A DNA stretch of 63,612 bases, filler included, from Reticulomyxa filosa (lineage: Eukaryota > Protista > Foraminifera), in NCBI GenBank assembly GCA_000512085.1. It is 24 parts of 24 records of this genome, joined end to end, with 100 filler letters (N's around TTAATTAATTAA, not from the genome) between each part and the next. Parts side by side here need not be neighbours in the genome. Positions count along the whole stretch, not along the records: positions 47,041 to 49,531 come from ASPP01022620.1; positions 49,632 to 51,062 come from ASPP01038022.1; positions 51,163 to 53,155 come from ASPP01043161.1; positions 53,256 to 57,178 come from ASPP01035506.1; positions 57,279 to 59,758 come from ASPP01026648.1; positions 59,859 to 60,919 come from ASPP01000368.1; positions 61,020 to 62,421 come from ASPP01004234.1; positions 62,522 to 63,612 come from ASPP01033932.1; 16 more parts are not named here. One strand, written 5' to 3'. The notes under the pieces are model-generated. The model was not told the origin of the DNA. It ran no database searches and saw nothing but the letters and a program-made list of their open reading frames with translations. A program made the position numbers and the translations under genes. The number at the start of each line of letters is the position of its first letter. Positions within the stretch are counted from its first letter, which is position 1. Positions 48,735 to 63,431 of the stretch are shown here, piece by piece.

Positions 48735-50715
48735 TTGATGCAAATAATATTGTGGAAATTATGGAGTGCATGTCTACATACTCCAAAGTAAGTTTGATTG
48801 AAGTTGGAGTGGAGTACGTGGCCCGAATCAATACCGATTTGTAATAGATATTTAGATCCAAATGCTGATACATATACAAATGCAACGCTGATTCCAACGA
48901 CAAATGCCAAAGATTAATGCATAAAGCACAATGCCCAAAGCACAATGCCCAATGTTTAATGCACTGAATAATAAGATAGCGGTAAGTCTATGGGGGGATA
49001 GAAAGGGAGTAGGGGTAGTAAAGGAAAAATAAGTGAGATAAAGGTAAAGGGGAAAGTGAAAGGAGAATTGGAAAATGGAGGTGGTAATGCAGAAACACCC
49101 CAACACAACAACAGACAACAAAAAATAAGATAAAGAAATGGGTGGAGGTTATCACACAAAGATAACCTTTGTTGTTGTTGATTGTGAAGCTTTTTTACTA
49201 CCCTGGGAAGTGTATCAAAATATAAATAGAAAGAAGGAGAAGGGTCAGTGGGAAAGTGATTGAAGGAAGAAGAGATTTGAACAGCCCCAAAAGTGGAGAC
49301 ACCACTGAAAAATTGTAGGAGATTCGACGTAGTTGCCAACATAGGCAACTATGTCGGTCCTGTGGAGACACCATAAATAAAAAACTTTGGGGGCCATTAT
49401 CGACAGATTGTCGATAGTTCAATCACTTCTTTCATAAGTCCATTAACACTTGACTTTTTGATACATGGAGGGGACAAAAAAATAGAGCCTAACCACGAAG
49501 AGTTGAATTCTCTATCGACGAATTGCTCTTTNNNNNNNNNNNNNNNNNNNNNNNNNNNNNNNNNNNNNNNNNNNNTTAATTAATTAANNNNNNNNNNNNN
49601 NNNNNNNNNNNNNNNNNNNNNNNNNNNNNNNTATCACATTTTATCACTCAATAAAAAAAAAGAAAAAAAGTAATCAAGTCAAACAAAAAGACCCATTCGG
49701 GGTGTTATCTTTGAATGTGACGAGGAAACAAATGGTAATCAACAAAAATGATATCCTTTGTCGAGATGACAATTAATTGATTATTCTTTCAATTATGTTG
49801 CGAATTATGTGAGGATTTTTTTTATCTAAAAAGGGTACATACACCCAACCGAACAGTACAAGTTATTGAAACCTGCATACACTTTTGGAGGTAACATAAT
49901 AACAAAGGCAGGTGGTACTATTGTACTAAATGATTTACACATTTATAATTGTAATAATCACGTTGCACAAATTTGAGGAAATAATAAATAATTGACATTA
50001 TAACATTATTGGATGAGAATTTTTTATTTGCAGCATTATTTGTTTAATCAAAATAAAAAAAGATGAAGTTTGGGGAGCGTTCCGAATTGGTAACGCCGTT
50101 AAAAATTTCCCGCCGTCCCAGCTTTTAGGGCCAAGGGACGTAAGGAGGGCTATTGGTTTTAGTTTTCAATTAGCAATCATCCGCCATCAGTTTTTCAACT
50201 TCACGCAGTCGGATATTGCACCTGCCCAAGGATAAAGAAGAATGGATATGTGTATACACAACAGATTAATCCAAATCTTGTTTGTAATATGAGCATTCTT
50301 CATTTTCTTAAATTCTTTGCACTTATCCTACACATTTTTTTTTATCTTATGCCAAATTTCAAACATTTCGTTGTCATTCTAGAATAATTGTTTGACCTTT
50401 TTTTTTACAATATTCTTTCCGTTCTGCAAACGGTTAATCAAGTTTGTATTTTTTTAGCGCTTATCCTTGGTGTCTTCTTCACATCTCTTTATAAATGATA
50501 TTCTTTCAGCTTTAAATTGTAAATTTTTATTGCATTGAATAAATTAGTGTAAAAAATGAATGAAAAGCCGTACAACTTTTGTTGCACCCTTTTTGTTTGT
50601 CTTCTGTCCTTCGCCAAGTAAAAAAAACTCTTTTTAAGCCGCTATTATATCGTTCAATTATTGTACTTTTATGAAAGAAGGTGAAAAGCGACAACCAAGA
50701 TCCTTTGCAAATGAT

Positions 50716-51062
50716 ATGAGCGTACAAGAATCTGAATCGCTTGTGGACATTAATACTTGTTTTGAAACTCTGGCTCCTTTGCCACGGCCACTTCGCCTTG
50801 CTCAATGTGTGGTACACAAACACGAAATCCTCATTTGTGGAGGTGCATATGCGCACGAGTGTTACTCCTATCATACACTCAAGAACAAATACAAGTTGAT
50901 TTGTTCTTATCCAAATGACATTGAATTATTTGGGCATTGCGTGGTAAAAATTACGAATAGCAGCAATCCCAATGAAATTAAGTTATTGTCTTTTGGAGGA
51001 AAATATAAGCACACATTGATAATGAATTATGTGAGTGTTTGGAAAGAAGAAGAAGAAGAAGA
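50716..51062 (+). CDS. Kelch-like repeat protein of an expanded family (truncated)
   Basis: FETLAPLPRPLRLAQCVVHKHEILICGG..CYSYHT..Y..I..YP...GHCVV..LLSFGG shows kelch GG/Y spacing. Confidence 0.8.
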
Positions 51063-54000
51063 NNNNNNNNNNNNNNNNNNNNNNNNNNNNNNNNNNNNNN
51101 NNNNNNTTAATTAATTAANNNNNNNNNNNNNNNNNNNNNNNNNNNNNNNNNNNNNNNNNNNNCATTGAGCAACTCCAAAATGATCACTTACTCGTATTTG
51201 CTAAATTTCAATGAACTTGCCATCGCTTAATTTTGCCACGAATCATTTTTCTTTGTTGCTGACTTTGCAAATTTGGACGAATTAAATCGGAACTAGACTC
51301 CGTCGTACTGACCCAAGTTCAAGCAGCAAAACCCACACTCAAAGCGTCTTGGCAATGCGAATGGTAATGAATTCTTTAAATCCAATCATTTGCAGATATC
51401 TGCCACTCGCTCAACTCAATGACAATGGTAATTTGATTTTTGGAACGACTTTTCCTAAGAAGCAAATGGTCCCAATTGCGCTGCTTCGTTTGAACATGGC
51501 TCTCTATTAAAGGCATCCAATCAATCGTCCGTAGGCAAACTCCCATGGTATTTCCCAGGTAAACAATAGGACCACGTTTTCTTCCTTTACTTCCCAAGAT
51601 CTACTGCTTGAAAAAGTATGTTTTTTTATATACATATTCAACATAATATCTTTATACGTATACTGATTATTTATGTTGTATTTGTTGCTTGAAATTTTTT
51701 ATAGATATTTAAGATTGTACAAATAAAATGGAAAAGTTGTCGCTGTTTACATTGATATTGGCGCTGCAGCGAGTTCCCAGCAATAATTGCAACAGTAACA
51801 GCGATGATAACATTATCAGCAAGTATCGATTGTTGCCTATAGAAATCACATATACCAAATCGTTAAGCCACACTTACGCCTGCCATTTTTCCAATTAAAT
51901 GTAATTGTTCATCATTGAACAAATATCGATTTCAATGACAGTGTGCCTTGAATATTGGTCATTGTATTGCGCTTTGAATTGCGTATAATTGGAAAAAAAA
52001 ATGCCAATATTATGTGATGTGCTGCATGATATATTAAAAAACTCGAACAATTTGAAATTGATTATATGCGCAATCTATATTCCAAGTTAATGTTTTCTTA
52101 TACTCTGATTGGAAAATTGCTGAAACATGTATAATCAATACATATATGTAGCATAGATCTCCAAAGAATCAAATACCTGTCTATCGAACAACTGGAAAGT
52201 AGCTGTTGTAACTGCGGTGCCAGCAAGCAAACGTGAATTGAAATTTGGACAACTCCAAGTTGCTAGCATATTTGATCGCAAATATTTGACACTTGCCTTA
52301 AGCTTTTTATTAAAAAATTTCTTTGCGTGAATTGTCATTTGTGCGTTTTCTTGAATGATAAGTTCAATGCCAGTTCTCCAGTTCACCTGGTATCTTTCTA
52401 ATCCAATTAAATTTCTTGTAAAAAAATTTCTGAATTTTAATATTTTAAATCTGAAGAAAGTCGAAAATATGTAAATAGATTGATTTTGTTCATCTAGTTT
52501 CATTTGTGTGCACTAGTGCAAAAAAAAATAACACGAGATTAGTTCAACTCATATCAAGTGCTTCAAAAGGGCCACGTGCAAGCGTTGGCTGTGCAAAATA
52601 GCAACTCAAGTTCATTAGCATCCGAAATAAGATGAAAGACATATTGTAATATTAAAAGGAAGACCTTTAATCAGTAATTTTTACAATGTTCTGTTTAGAA
52701 AATCAATATGAAGTTAATAATGCAAGGAATTCTTTTTTTTGTAAGTTCATGTGTTCTTTTAAGAGAATTCCAGATATGATTTTATTGTATGATGCCGTTT
52801 TAATAATTTTTTTTACAAGTATGGAATCGAATTATGCATTGATATTTTTCTGTTGCAATAATTCGCTGAAGATTAGATTCTGGTTCCCACGAATCGTGTA
52901 TTGGATTATATCTAGTGAATTAGGTACTGTCTTTCCATGCCTTCATGTTGATATATAGCTCTATCACCAAGTATCTTTTCGACTTCATATGTCTCCTATG
53001 CTGACTGCAGGCAATTATTTGCCAACACTTTGCGAGCAACATTACCGTTGTTTTGAATGGCATCACCAACATTTGGGAGAACAGCTATATCAGGCTTACG
53101 CCAATCAGTGGGGAGGTCTTGAGTTTGATGTGGAATTGAAATATCAGCATTTTTANNNNNNNNNNNNNNNNNNNNNNNNNNNNNNNNNNNNNNNNNNNNT
53201 TAATTAATTAANNNNNNNNNNNNNNNNNNNNNNNNNNNNNNNNNNNNNNNNNNNNAAAAAAAAAAGTATACACAAAACAAAAAATGTACATGAGAAAAAA
53301 AAAAGTATGTTTACTTCTACCAAGTGACAGTAAGATGGAGAAATGATTGCATATATAATTATTTGATTAAAAAAAAAAACAGAATTGCATTGGCATATGG
53401 CAAAGTTGAAGTGTTGACAAGAATACCGCCATCAAATGAAGCGTGCGTGTTGGGTCCACAATCAACATCGAGCATATGATTGGGACCATCATTTGAGATC
53501 AACCATTCTATGCACAACGTCGATATAAATGGTGAGTTAAACTATCAGCACCAATTGCAGATTTATTTTTACGACGTCTCGATATCCAATGCAAGCAATA
53601 CTCAAACGGGTGCAAAGTCCAGCATCAAATCAAAAGTCTTACCATCTGCTCACACAACTTCGCTGGTGATTTTACAAGTGCTATCCAATTCTGCAATGTT
53701 AAATTTTTTTTCTTTTTTTCTTTTTTTTTTTTTAAACAAATAAAAAAATTATACAGATCAAACGATAACGCAGGAAAGAGTTGTCGCGGTTTTGCGCTGC
53801 AATTGGTAAACTGGACTTGGGCAAATGACGACACTTACTTTAACACAATGTCCGACAGGCTGCATTTGCTGGCACAAAGTGTGACTGGAAGTTAGTAGTC
53901 ATTGTCAAACTGTTCGTCACATGCCTTTGAAATGAGCGAAGCGCTATTGGCGCAGATGGGATGGATGGTGCATAACATCTGACGAGCAAGTCAGTCGTGA

Positions 54001-57000
54001 TGCCCACCATCCGCTGTGCAAAGAAGCGTTCCTTTTGCAAAGGCGTTGTGTTCAATTGCACTACGCAATATCTGCACACATCGACAAAGTCGACTTGTAT
54101 GAAAATCGTATTTTCTCAACGCAGTGCCAACACCTTCAAGAATGCCACTATCCTCCAAACATTGCCACTACTCCTTCGATCATTGCCATTACTCACTCAA
54201 ACATTGCCACTGATTATCCAAATATTGGCGTCTACATCGCACAAATTCATCACTATGATAACATTAATGTGGATATTCGATTACACAGACAAATCTTTCC
54301 AAGTTATAATCCAAAAGTCGGTGGCATTTGTGACATTGCAAAGTTAACTTTGTTTTTTTTATTGTTGTTATAATAATATACATTTTTTTGTCATGGCTTG
54401 TGTATAGGAGTACGTATTGAGAACAATGTGGCCAAATGATTGTCAAATCGGAGGGTATCAAAGAACAAATTGCACCAATGTGGCAAGCAATGTTAGCATT
54501 GCGCTGCAAGGCTTTGCCACTGAGAATGTAAGATCTTTTTTTTGTATAAATCTAACTTAACATATATATTGTGTATATGTGTTCAAAATAGAATATCATG
54601 TTGTGATGAGAAAAAAAAGAATATGGGGTAGAAACCACCCCCGTCTCCTAAAGGAGAACAACAGGTTTGTTTTACTATCTTATATACATATATATATTTA
54701 ACTGTTGTATGTTTTGTACTATAGGTTCCCCGTCTGGCAAATATTTTCAATGGTCCCTCTATCAGCACACAAAAAAAATAAAAATGAAAAATAAAATCGG
54801 GGTTGAAATCCACCCTGTCTCCGAAAGGAGTAAAAAAAGTATAATTATGTTTGTATTTATATGTATATATACTTTTATCAAATAATATGGTTGTTTTTGT
54901 GAAGATATAGGAAGTAGGAATTCCCCCTTCAAAAAAAAATATATGTACATATCTTCATTTATGTCCCTCTATCCCTTAACAAAAAAAGTTTGAAGTGCTC
55001 ACACAGGAAAAAAGAAATGAAAATTTGCACCATGGTCCAAGTGTCAAAGTTAAATATATTTTTTTGTTAGTTCTTAAAAAATTGTAAAATATAACTTTGT
55101 TTGTGTGTGTATAGATATAGGTCACCAAAAAATTTGGATTGTGTGTTTGTTTTGTGAATTGGATTTGTGGGAAATAAAAAATGTTACAAGTAGGATAAAA
55201 AATAATAATAAGTGGGAATATAAAAAATATATATTAATAAAAAAGAGAATAATAAATTAGAAAAAAAAAGAGTATAATAAAATAGAAAAAAGGAAAAAAT
55301 AAAGAAAATAGAATAAAGAAAAAATAAAGAAAAATAAAAAATAATAATAAATAATAATGAAAGAAATAAAATGAAAGAAAAAAAAAGAATAAGAAATGAA
55401 AAAAATATTATAATTTAATTTTTAAAAAAAAAGGATTATTGGTATCCAGTTTGTGGATTAACCAGTTAAGTGTTATTTTTTTTATTTGTGTTTGTTTAAA
55501 AAAAAAAATCTGAAAAAAAAAAGAACATAACAGTTCGATCAAAAGAAAAAGGCCAACCAGTTGAAGCAAATTAGTACAAGTAAATATCTTTCTCTTTTCT
55601 CAATTGTCTCCAATTAATGTATTGTTTATGTATATAGATTTGAAGTCAAAAGTTTGTCCAAGTGAAATCGTTAAAATTAATAATATTTTATGATGATCAA
55701 AGTGGCATGTAATTATATATTTTGGCCATGCCTTGACTGACCCGACAGCAGATGATATTGGCCTACATATTAGCAACATGAACTCCGCAAATAATATTGG
55801 TGCTCATATTGTATATATTTTATATCATCAATTCACCGGCGATGTATTGTGATTGCTTTTCGTATTTCAACAAGGTTAACAGAGACGGTGTATTCTATTG
55901 AAGGTATATGCTGTCTTTATCATATTTTAAGTTGTTGTGATGATATACTTATTCAAAACAATGTTAGCATAAACTTTTTCATTGTAGAATGACTTACTGT
56001 ATACTGAAATGAAAGAAGGAAAGAGGAAGAACAAAACAAAAACAAGAAGAATAAGAAGAAGGAGGATATGAAGAAAGAACAAAAATAACAAGAACTAGAA
56101 GAAGAAGGACATGAAAGAGAACAAGAAGAACAAGAACATGAAAAAGAAAAGAACAAGACCAAGAAGAAGAAAAAGAAAGAAGAAGAGTATTTAAAGAAAT
56201 AGGAAAAAAAGAAGCAAAAATGTATGCCAAAGTATTGTGTTATATTGGCCATGTCAAGAATATAACAAGTGGCGATTAATCGTTCAAGAGGTGTAAATTT
56301 ATCCAAAGAAGAAAGGAGATAACGTGAGTGAATAGGGTCAACACAATAAATCCCTGAAATGTGTTGACGTGTGTTTCGCCAAGACTATAAGTGGTATATA
56401 TGATATTTATTGAAATGAAACACAAATGAAAATGAAATGTTATATCAACACTTTCATTCAATTCACTCCAACTCAACAATAGGCATTATCAACCAAATAC
56501 AGTTGTCTCCCTTTACATGTGCTATTTGTGACTCCCTCCCACATATCGACACACCAAAGATGCATCAAATATTCCCAGTGTTGATTTGGTGGAAAATATT
56601 AATCGTAGCATACTGTCCGTCAAGTAAGAGAAGGAAATGATTAGCCTCATCGATTTGAATGCTTTTGAAAGAAGATTGGAGTTAAAAAAATTGTCTTTCT
56701 ATTTAAACAACTTGAATTAATTTGTTGTCTGTTGTTTTGGTTTTTACAATAACTAGAATATACTAAGTCTACAAGAAGTGGAGATAATGGAGCTGCAAGT
56801 AAAGAAGAAGACATGCTGAAGCAAATACTACGTCTTGGTGAGAGAAGAGGCGTCACAAAGACAACAAAGAAAACTTAGCATGCAAAAGATATCCAGAAAA
56901 TAATAATATAGCTACCCCTCCATGATAAATAGCATCAACAACAACGAGTAGTAGCAATGCAAAAGACACATGAAAAGGTTGGTTCGGGAAACAATGTTGG

Positions 57001-57321
57001 TTTATTTGCAATATTGGGAGTATCATTCACACATAATCAAATAGAAATTTGGTGGATTTTTCTAAGGTGATATCCAAGTCAATGAAGTAATAGTCGTCTT
57101 TTCTATAATGCACACACTCTCAATGCCATATCTCGTCATTGTAGTATACCTGCGTTTTCAAGAGCCACTCCGTTTTGCNNNNNNNNNNNNNNNNNNNNNN
57201 NNNNNNNNNNNNNNNNNNNNNNTTAATTAATTAANNNNNNNNNNNNNNNNNNNNNNNNNNNNNNNNNNNNNNNNNNNNTCGTATTACATTTAGTACAGTT
57301 CTCCGTAGCTGACTCCCTACA

Positions 57322-57350
57322 AGGTGTTCAGTTTTCTTTGCAACCTACTG
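57322..57350 (-). mobile_element. MITE right terminus fragment
   Basis: AGGTGTTCAGTTTTCTTTGCAACCTACTG|TA. Confidence 0.8.
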
Positions 57351-59721
57351 TATCATTTGACTTCATGTTCGCTTTTGCTTCAAAATTCTTTTTTAAAAAA
57401 TTGCAGGACAAATGTGATAGTCTTTTGAAGGAGCTATTGCACTGAAACAACTAAACAAAACTTCCGATTCATAGTTTGTTCCTTTACACAATTAGTATTT
57501 TTGAATTGTACAAATTGAAATTAGTCCACTTCTTGTTTGAGTGAGATCTTTTGTTTGTACCAACTTGTGGAAATTGCAAAACTCGAAAAAAGAACTTTGA
57601 TGCATGAAATTTTAGTAGGCCTATACAGTCAATGATTCTGTCGGCGTCGGTACTACCTCAAGCAGCACTTGGTGGTAGGGTGTTGTGGTAGTACCGTTTT
57701 TGTCTGCAGCTGTTGAGGAAAGATTTCGATGTGGGCCGTTTCACGGGTCTGTGTCCAATCGATGTAAACGGCCGTGGGCGTCTTTCTTTTTTTTTATCTT
57801 CCAATTAATGTGTGTTTTCTTTTTGACGAACTTACACTTTGAAAATACTCTTGCAATTTTAAAATTATTGTGCAGCTTTTTTTTTTGCAAAGATTATCGT
57901 ATTCGACTAATTCAAAATAAATTTTAACGTAAAAGAATGAAAATAAAAGCAAGCAGCGCAAATAAAAGAAAACTTTGAGGGAAATGAGTGTGAGAACAGA
58001 TAAACACTTGGCATTGAAAAAGTAAGAACACGATATTGATCCCAAAGAATATTAGACACGATCGCTAAAAAAAGAGTCAGTTCCTTCAGTTCCTTTGTTG
58101 GTTCCAGCTTGAGGTTTGTGCCAGATGGCATGAACAAAAGAAACTATCATTAATCCAAAATATATAAAAAAACACACAACAGATCGATCAGAAATAAATT
58201 AGGAAAGAAAGAAAAAAATCAAAACTTAAAGATGTAATGGCCAAGGAAATTAAAACCAAGTGATGAAATCCCAACAAAAACATAAGCGCAATAGTAACAA
58301 TGACAAGTGCGATGAACTTACTGTTACCACTGAGTTCAATGGTAGATATTTTCAATGACTCTTTTGAGCTCGCCCATGACCACATCAAACCAATTAATAT
58401 TAATCCAATTAAAAGTATCGTATCAGTCAAACTTTCAGAATTTATTTATATTTTTATGTTATGTTTTTTTTTTTGGAGGATTATTCTTGTCATTTTCCCT
58501 AATAATTGTGAAGAAAGCAATAGCAATACGAAATAAATAAACTAAACACTGACAACGAAATAATTACCAATGCAATAATTACATCTATACAATTTTTTAA
58601 AAAATACTTCAATAAAAGAAGAGCCCTGTCAGGTATTTATTAAACAAGCTAAAAGATGATTTGTTAACAATTAGAAATAAAATAGCGAGTGTTCGACTCC
58701 AATCGAATCCAAATATCACCATCAAATGTTGGTTGTGAAAAGTTAGAAGGGTTTAAAAACTCATCTGTTGAACTTTTTTTTTCAAATGCATAACCGTTTG
58801 TCCCTTTGTTTTTCAATATCGAACATAAGAACGACTAACCGGATCGTATTTTTCCATTTTCTGCTCGATAGCATCGTACAAAAATTTCGAATTTTAATTC
58901 GCATACCACGATTATTAATCCCACCAAACGCCGTGTTTAGTGCATTGGTTATTGCTTTGCTTGTTTGGTCTACTATTTCCTTGCTCGGGTCGTTCTGTTC
59001 TATTATTGCAGCAGAACTTGTTGTCATGTTGGCATTTTATTTCTTGCATTAAGAAAAAAACACCTGTCATCATAAAAGATAGGAGAGAAAAAGGTATTGA
59101 CAAGCAAATTATGAAATTTTTTAATTTTAAAAGGATCTATCCTTTCGGACACCATTATCAGGAGCATGTTTTTTGATACAAATATAAAAAAATCGGACTA
59201 AACAAACACAGGAGAACGAGTTTGATTTACACGAAACATGAGGAATAGTTTCATGAATCCTCAATTTACTCTTTTTGAAGTGAACTGTTCTTTCACTTTA
59301 AACTTTCAACAGTGTTTACGTGGTAGAATACACACGCACTTTTCTCAAGGACCAAAAGTGTCAACCACCAGAATTAGCGCGATGACAATATGAAAAGATC
59401 AGACCAAGACAAACTTTTGGCAGTTTGCTCTGTTTGAACCTTGGTGATCGGCATTTTTGTGGAGATGGAGGTAATATCAAAACGTGTCTGTTACCCAATG
59501 AGAATACAAAGTTATTTGCAAGGCGTTTCGAGCTACAAACTCAACAGAAAAGCCTTGAACAGGAAGAAAAAAAACACGATAAATGCAAGTCACCAAAGAA
59601 AATAAATTAAAAAATTTTTTAGATGTCAAAACAGGATTGTTGCCAAACCATTAAAGTTGTTCACCCCAATGAAAAGAGTGTTTGCTTTTGGTGTGGAAAA
59701 CAAAAATAAGAAACAGAAGAA

Positions 59722-59758
<37 letters not shown>

Positions 59759-60346
59759 NNNNNNNNNNNNNNNNNNNNNNNNNNNNNNNNNNNNNNNNNN
59801 NNTTAATTAATTAANNNNNNNNNNNNNNNNNNNNNNNNNNNNNNNNNNNNNNNNNNNNTGTATATAGTCTCAAAACTAGCTTATTTTTTAATATTATATT
59901 ATCTCGTTTTAATGGATATAGTCTTATAAACATGACATCGTCTTCATTCAGGTAAAATGAAAATTTTCTTTATTTTTAAATATATTCGTTTATTTGTTCA
60001 AAGTTTGTGTAGAAAAAATATTTAACTTTTTCTTTTTTGTTGCAAATTGAAAAAAAAATTACTTTGTGATTTATTTTTTGGATAGTTTGAAATTTTTTGT
60101 GATTTAATATTTATTTTTTTCAATTGTTTGAAGTTGTCAGTTTGCTTGAACAAAATAAGCAGAAATAACAAAAAACAATATATCACACAAATGACAATTA
60201 GAATTAAAAATAGGAAATGATAAATTAGGCCTGAATCAAACGAAACAACGAGAAAGAAACTGTGAAAAAAAAAAGATTCTCAAAGAGTTCCTACATTTGC
60301 CAAAAATTGGAGAAAGAAGCTGAAAGTGTGTTTCTACACATCGAGA

Positions 60347-60800
60347 TTATCTAATGTTTTGATCATTTCCATTTTCATTCATATCAATAAATTCCAGCTG
60401 TCCCTATGAATGGTGTACACAACACAAAAAATAAAAACAATATATATAAAATATTGCAATGAAGAAAAAAAACCTTGGAATAGGGCTGGCGAAGAACGGA
60501 CAAAGCCAATCGTGCAAAAGAGAGATTTTGCATGGCCTTGTGTCCTGGTTTTTGTGGGTGTGATTTAGATTCGTTGAAGGCATTGGCAACACGTTCTTTC
60601 TGATCTTTTTCATGATGTTCCAATGACTGCTTTTCTTGTCCTACAGTAATTGCACTGATACCCATCATCACAAACGTCAATCCAATCACAAATATACCCA
60701 CACGCCAAGGTTTGAAATGGTTGAATTCATGAAAGTAAGACGCACTCAATCCGATTTGTTCCGTTATCAAAAAGGAGTTGTATATCGGGACTATCAATAT
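60347..60800 (-). CDS. NIPA-like (DMT superfamily) Mg2+ transporter, last two exons
   Basis: ILIVPIYNSFLITEQIGLSASYFHEF...IFVIGLTFVMMGISAI matches the NIPA C-terminal VP+Y...+F.EF...G...G pattern. Intron 60404-60473, last exon GQLEFIDMNENGNDQNIR*. Confidence 0.7.
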
Positions 60801-61019
60801 CTGTACTTATTTTTCAACACACCCATTATTAACTTGGACAATTTTAAAATTCATTCCAAAAAAAAAAAAGAACACTTTTGGAAGCTATTTCCAATGATCC
60901 CCTTAAAATTTTTTTTTTTNNNNNNNNNNNNNNNNNNNNNNNNNNNNNNNNNNNNNNNNNNNNTTAATTAATTAANNNNNNNNNNNNNNNNNNNNNNNNN
61001 NNNNNNNNNNNNNNNNNNN

Positions 61020-61052
<33 letters not shown>

Positions 61053-62421
61053 TGGTAAGGCTTTTTCATTCGGATTGGACAATGGCTTCATTGGCACGTC
61101 CGGATCATTGGCAACAGTATCGTCTTTTTCCTCCGTTTTCGTAAATGTATCTGTGATCCGCTTGGCTTGGTTCGAGGCCAAGAATGTCCCGAGCACTTGA
61201 TTCACATAGTCTTCAGAAGGGCGGCGAATGCTTTCGCAAGTGCCGTCATCTGCACTACCACATATCAGTGACTCGTTGGACGGCGACGGAGTCATGTTGT
61301 CACCAGGCTGCGATTGCAGTTGGCACGACTCCCCCAAAGAGCTGCACGTCCTTGGCTGCGCAGCGGTCTCTGCCTTGCCTGGCGCAACGCTGTTTGTTGG
61401 CACGGGTCCATTTGGTGTGTTGTCATGACCGACGTGGTGGGCATGACGGCTATCATTGCCAGATGCCACATGCACTTGAGGTTGTTGGGGTCGAATAAAT
61501 GATATGTGCTTAAGACGAATATTAAAAGTGGGAGCATTATGATTACTATTATTACTATTATTATTGTTGTTTATATTCGTTTTGTTGTCAACAGCATTCT
61601 TTTGATTGTTATTACCATGCACATTGCTGGGACTATGATTCGGAGATACGTTTGGGCTTATCTTTGCCATCGACGGAACAGCCTTGGCCAAAATTGGACT
61701 CAATTTGTCGTTGTGAGGTTGTGGTTTGTTGTCAGTGGATCCGTTTGCAATGATCTGCGCAGTAGCGGTGACAGTGGCCGTAGCCGTAGCCGTAGCCGTA
61801 GCCGTAGTCGTAGCCGTAGCCGTAGTCATGGCAGTGACAGTAGCAGTGGTAGCGGCGGCAGTGTCAAGGGCGGTTGTAGTGGTGGTATTGTCGTTGACGT
61901 GGTTGTGATCTACAGTCTGGGACTCCTCTTGCTTCGCATCTTTGGTGGTGTTGAGGTCCTCCTTCGCACTCACAATCAGTTGCAACTTTGGAGACACTCC
62001 CAAGTCTTGCAATGTGATATGGCGCATCCTTGTCATTTGACGAGAAAACCGAATTTCTTTTTGTTCATTTTTAGTTTTGTACAAATCAAATAAGGTGGGA
62101 GATAATGCTGTAAATAGCGCACGATGGCTGTGTTGGTATTGCACATAGAAAGAGATAAATAGAAATAAACACAGCATATACATTATACATATACATATAT
62201 TTATTTATATATTTATATAAATTTTTTTTTTTTTTGTGTGTTGTACATAACAATTCAATTTGTGCACACTGCACGTAAGAGTTGTTTCGGCTAATTTCGG
62301 GATAAATTTCTCTCAACAGTTTCATAAACTTTTGCACAAATAGTTTCAGGTCATCAATAGCATGGTTCAAGTTGTCAATGTCCTTCTTTTTCCAATCATT
62401 GCCATTGCCATTGCCATTGCC
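61020..62421 (-). CDS. Internal exons of a large protein: VPS9-associated helical region followed by Thr/Ala- and Asn-rich low complexity
   Basis: LFTALSPTLFDLYKTKNEQKEIRFSRQMTRMRHITLQDLGVSPKL resembles the helical segment preceding VPS9 domains (VPS9D1/ALS2-like). The VPS9 core itself is not visible. Confidence 0.5.
61777..61826. repeat. (GCCGTA)n coding microsatellite
   Basis: Tandem hexamer encoding TATATA on the minus strand. Confidence 0.9.
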
Positions 62422-62521
62422 NNNNNNNNNNNNNNNNNNNNNNNNNNNNNNNNNNNNNNNNNNNNTTAATTAATTAANNNNNNNNNNNNNNNNNNNNNNN
62501 NNNNNNNNNNNNNNNNNNNNN

Positions 62522-63001
62522 GAAACAACCAAACAATTGAGTATATTCAATGGACATAAATATTATGTGATGAGTGTAAAATATGGATCAGGAATGACAT
62601 GCGGCAGCAGACATACAATATTATCTGGATCACATGATAAAAGCGTTCGTCTGTGGGATATTCGATCTGGACAACAAACTCAAGTGTTTAATGGACATAT
62701 AGACACTGTGATGTGTGTGGAATATTCACCATTTGCAATAAAGAATGCTAGTGATGTCATTAGTTCAAATGTGGTTTGTTCTGGATCATTGGATAATACA
62801 ATTCGTTTTTGGGATGTTAGATCGAATAAGAGTGAATTGTATTTGATTAAAGGAGATGGGAAAGAAGAAGGTAGAGTATATTGTCTTAAATTTGTATCTT
62901 TGAAAAAGAAAGTAAGTGACAATGAACAAAATTTAAATGATGAGTGTGGCATTTATTTATATTATGGTTTACACAATGGTTCAATATGTGTTTGGGAATG
63001 A
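62522..63001 (+). CDS. WD40-repeat protein C-terminus (expanded family)
   Basis: FNGH..V..V.Y..ILSGSHDKSVRLWDIRS..FNGH...VCSGSLDNTIRFWDVRS...ICVWE*. Confidence 0.92.
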   Translation, partial: ETTKQLSIFNGHKYYVMSVKYGSGMTCGSRHTILSGSHDKSVRLWDIRSGQQTQVFNGHIDTVMCVEYSPFAIKNASDVISSNVVCSGSLDNTIRFWDVRSNKSELYLIKGDGKEEGRVYCLKFVSLKKKVSDNEQNLNDECGIYLYYGLHNGSICVWE

Positions 63002-63431
63002 ACCAGTACAATGAATGTTTTGCTTGAGTTTACTACAATTTTTGTGAAATGAAAATACATTAATTAAAATTTGCTTTCTAATGGAAAAAATGACTATAAT
63101 TTAAGACAAATAAACTTAACTTTGCATATACAAATTGTTTTACGATATCTGCAATTTATTATTTTCACAAGAAACTAGAAATGAAACTGTGTATATTAAG
63201 TTGTTGAATTTCTGTGATACTTTTCAAATTCATCCTTTTTTTTTTTATATTTTGTGTTATTTTCTCTTTGTTTATAAATAACAAATATTACAAAAACACA
63301 AAAATAATGACAAAACTGTTTTCACTTTTTCAGTTTGCAATTGCGGTTGCAACTCTTTGACCAATGCAATGATTTGTTCAATTGAAATTAACTCACATGA
63401 TTTATCTAAATGATCTTTCATTTCCTTTATA

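Noticed and set aside
50070-50155. GC-richer patch with a CGTCCC/GGGACG stem as an ncRNA
   Set aside because: No tRNA, snRNA or snoRNA box motifs were recognised, and a 6-bp stem alone is insufficient evidence.
53390-54520. Coding-like plus-strand region with intron-like gaps
   Set aside because: It has multiple stops and frame changes and no recognisable domain, so it could not be annotated with confidence.
55190-55430. Long A-rich tract as a telomeric or satellite repeat
   Set aside because: It has no fixed period and is simple low-complexity sequence.
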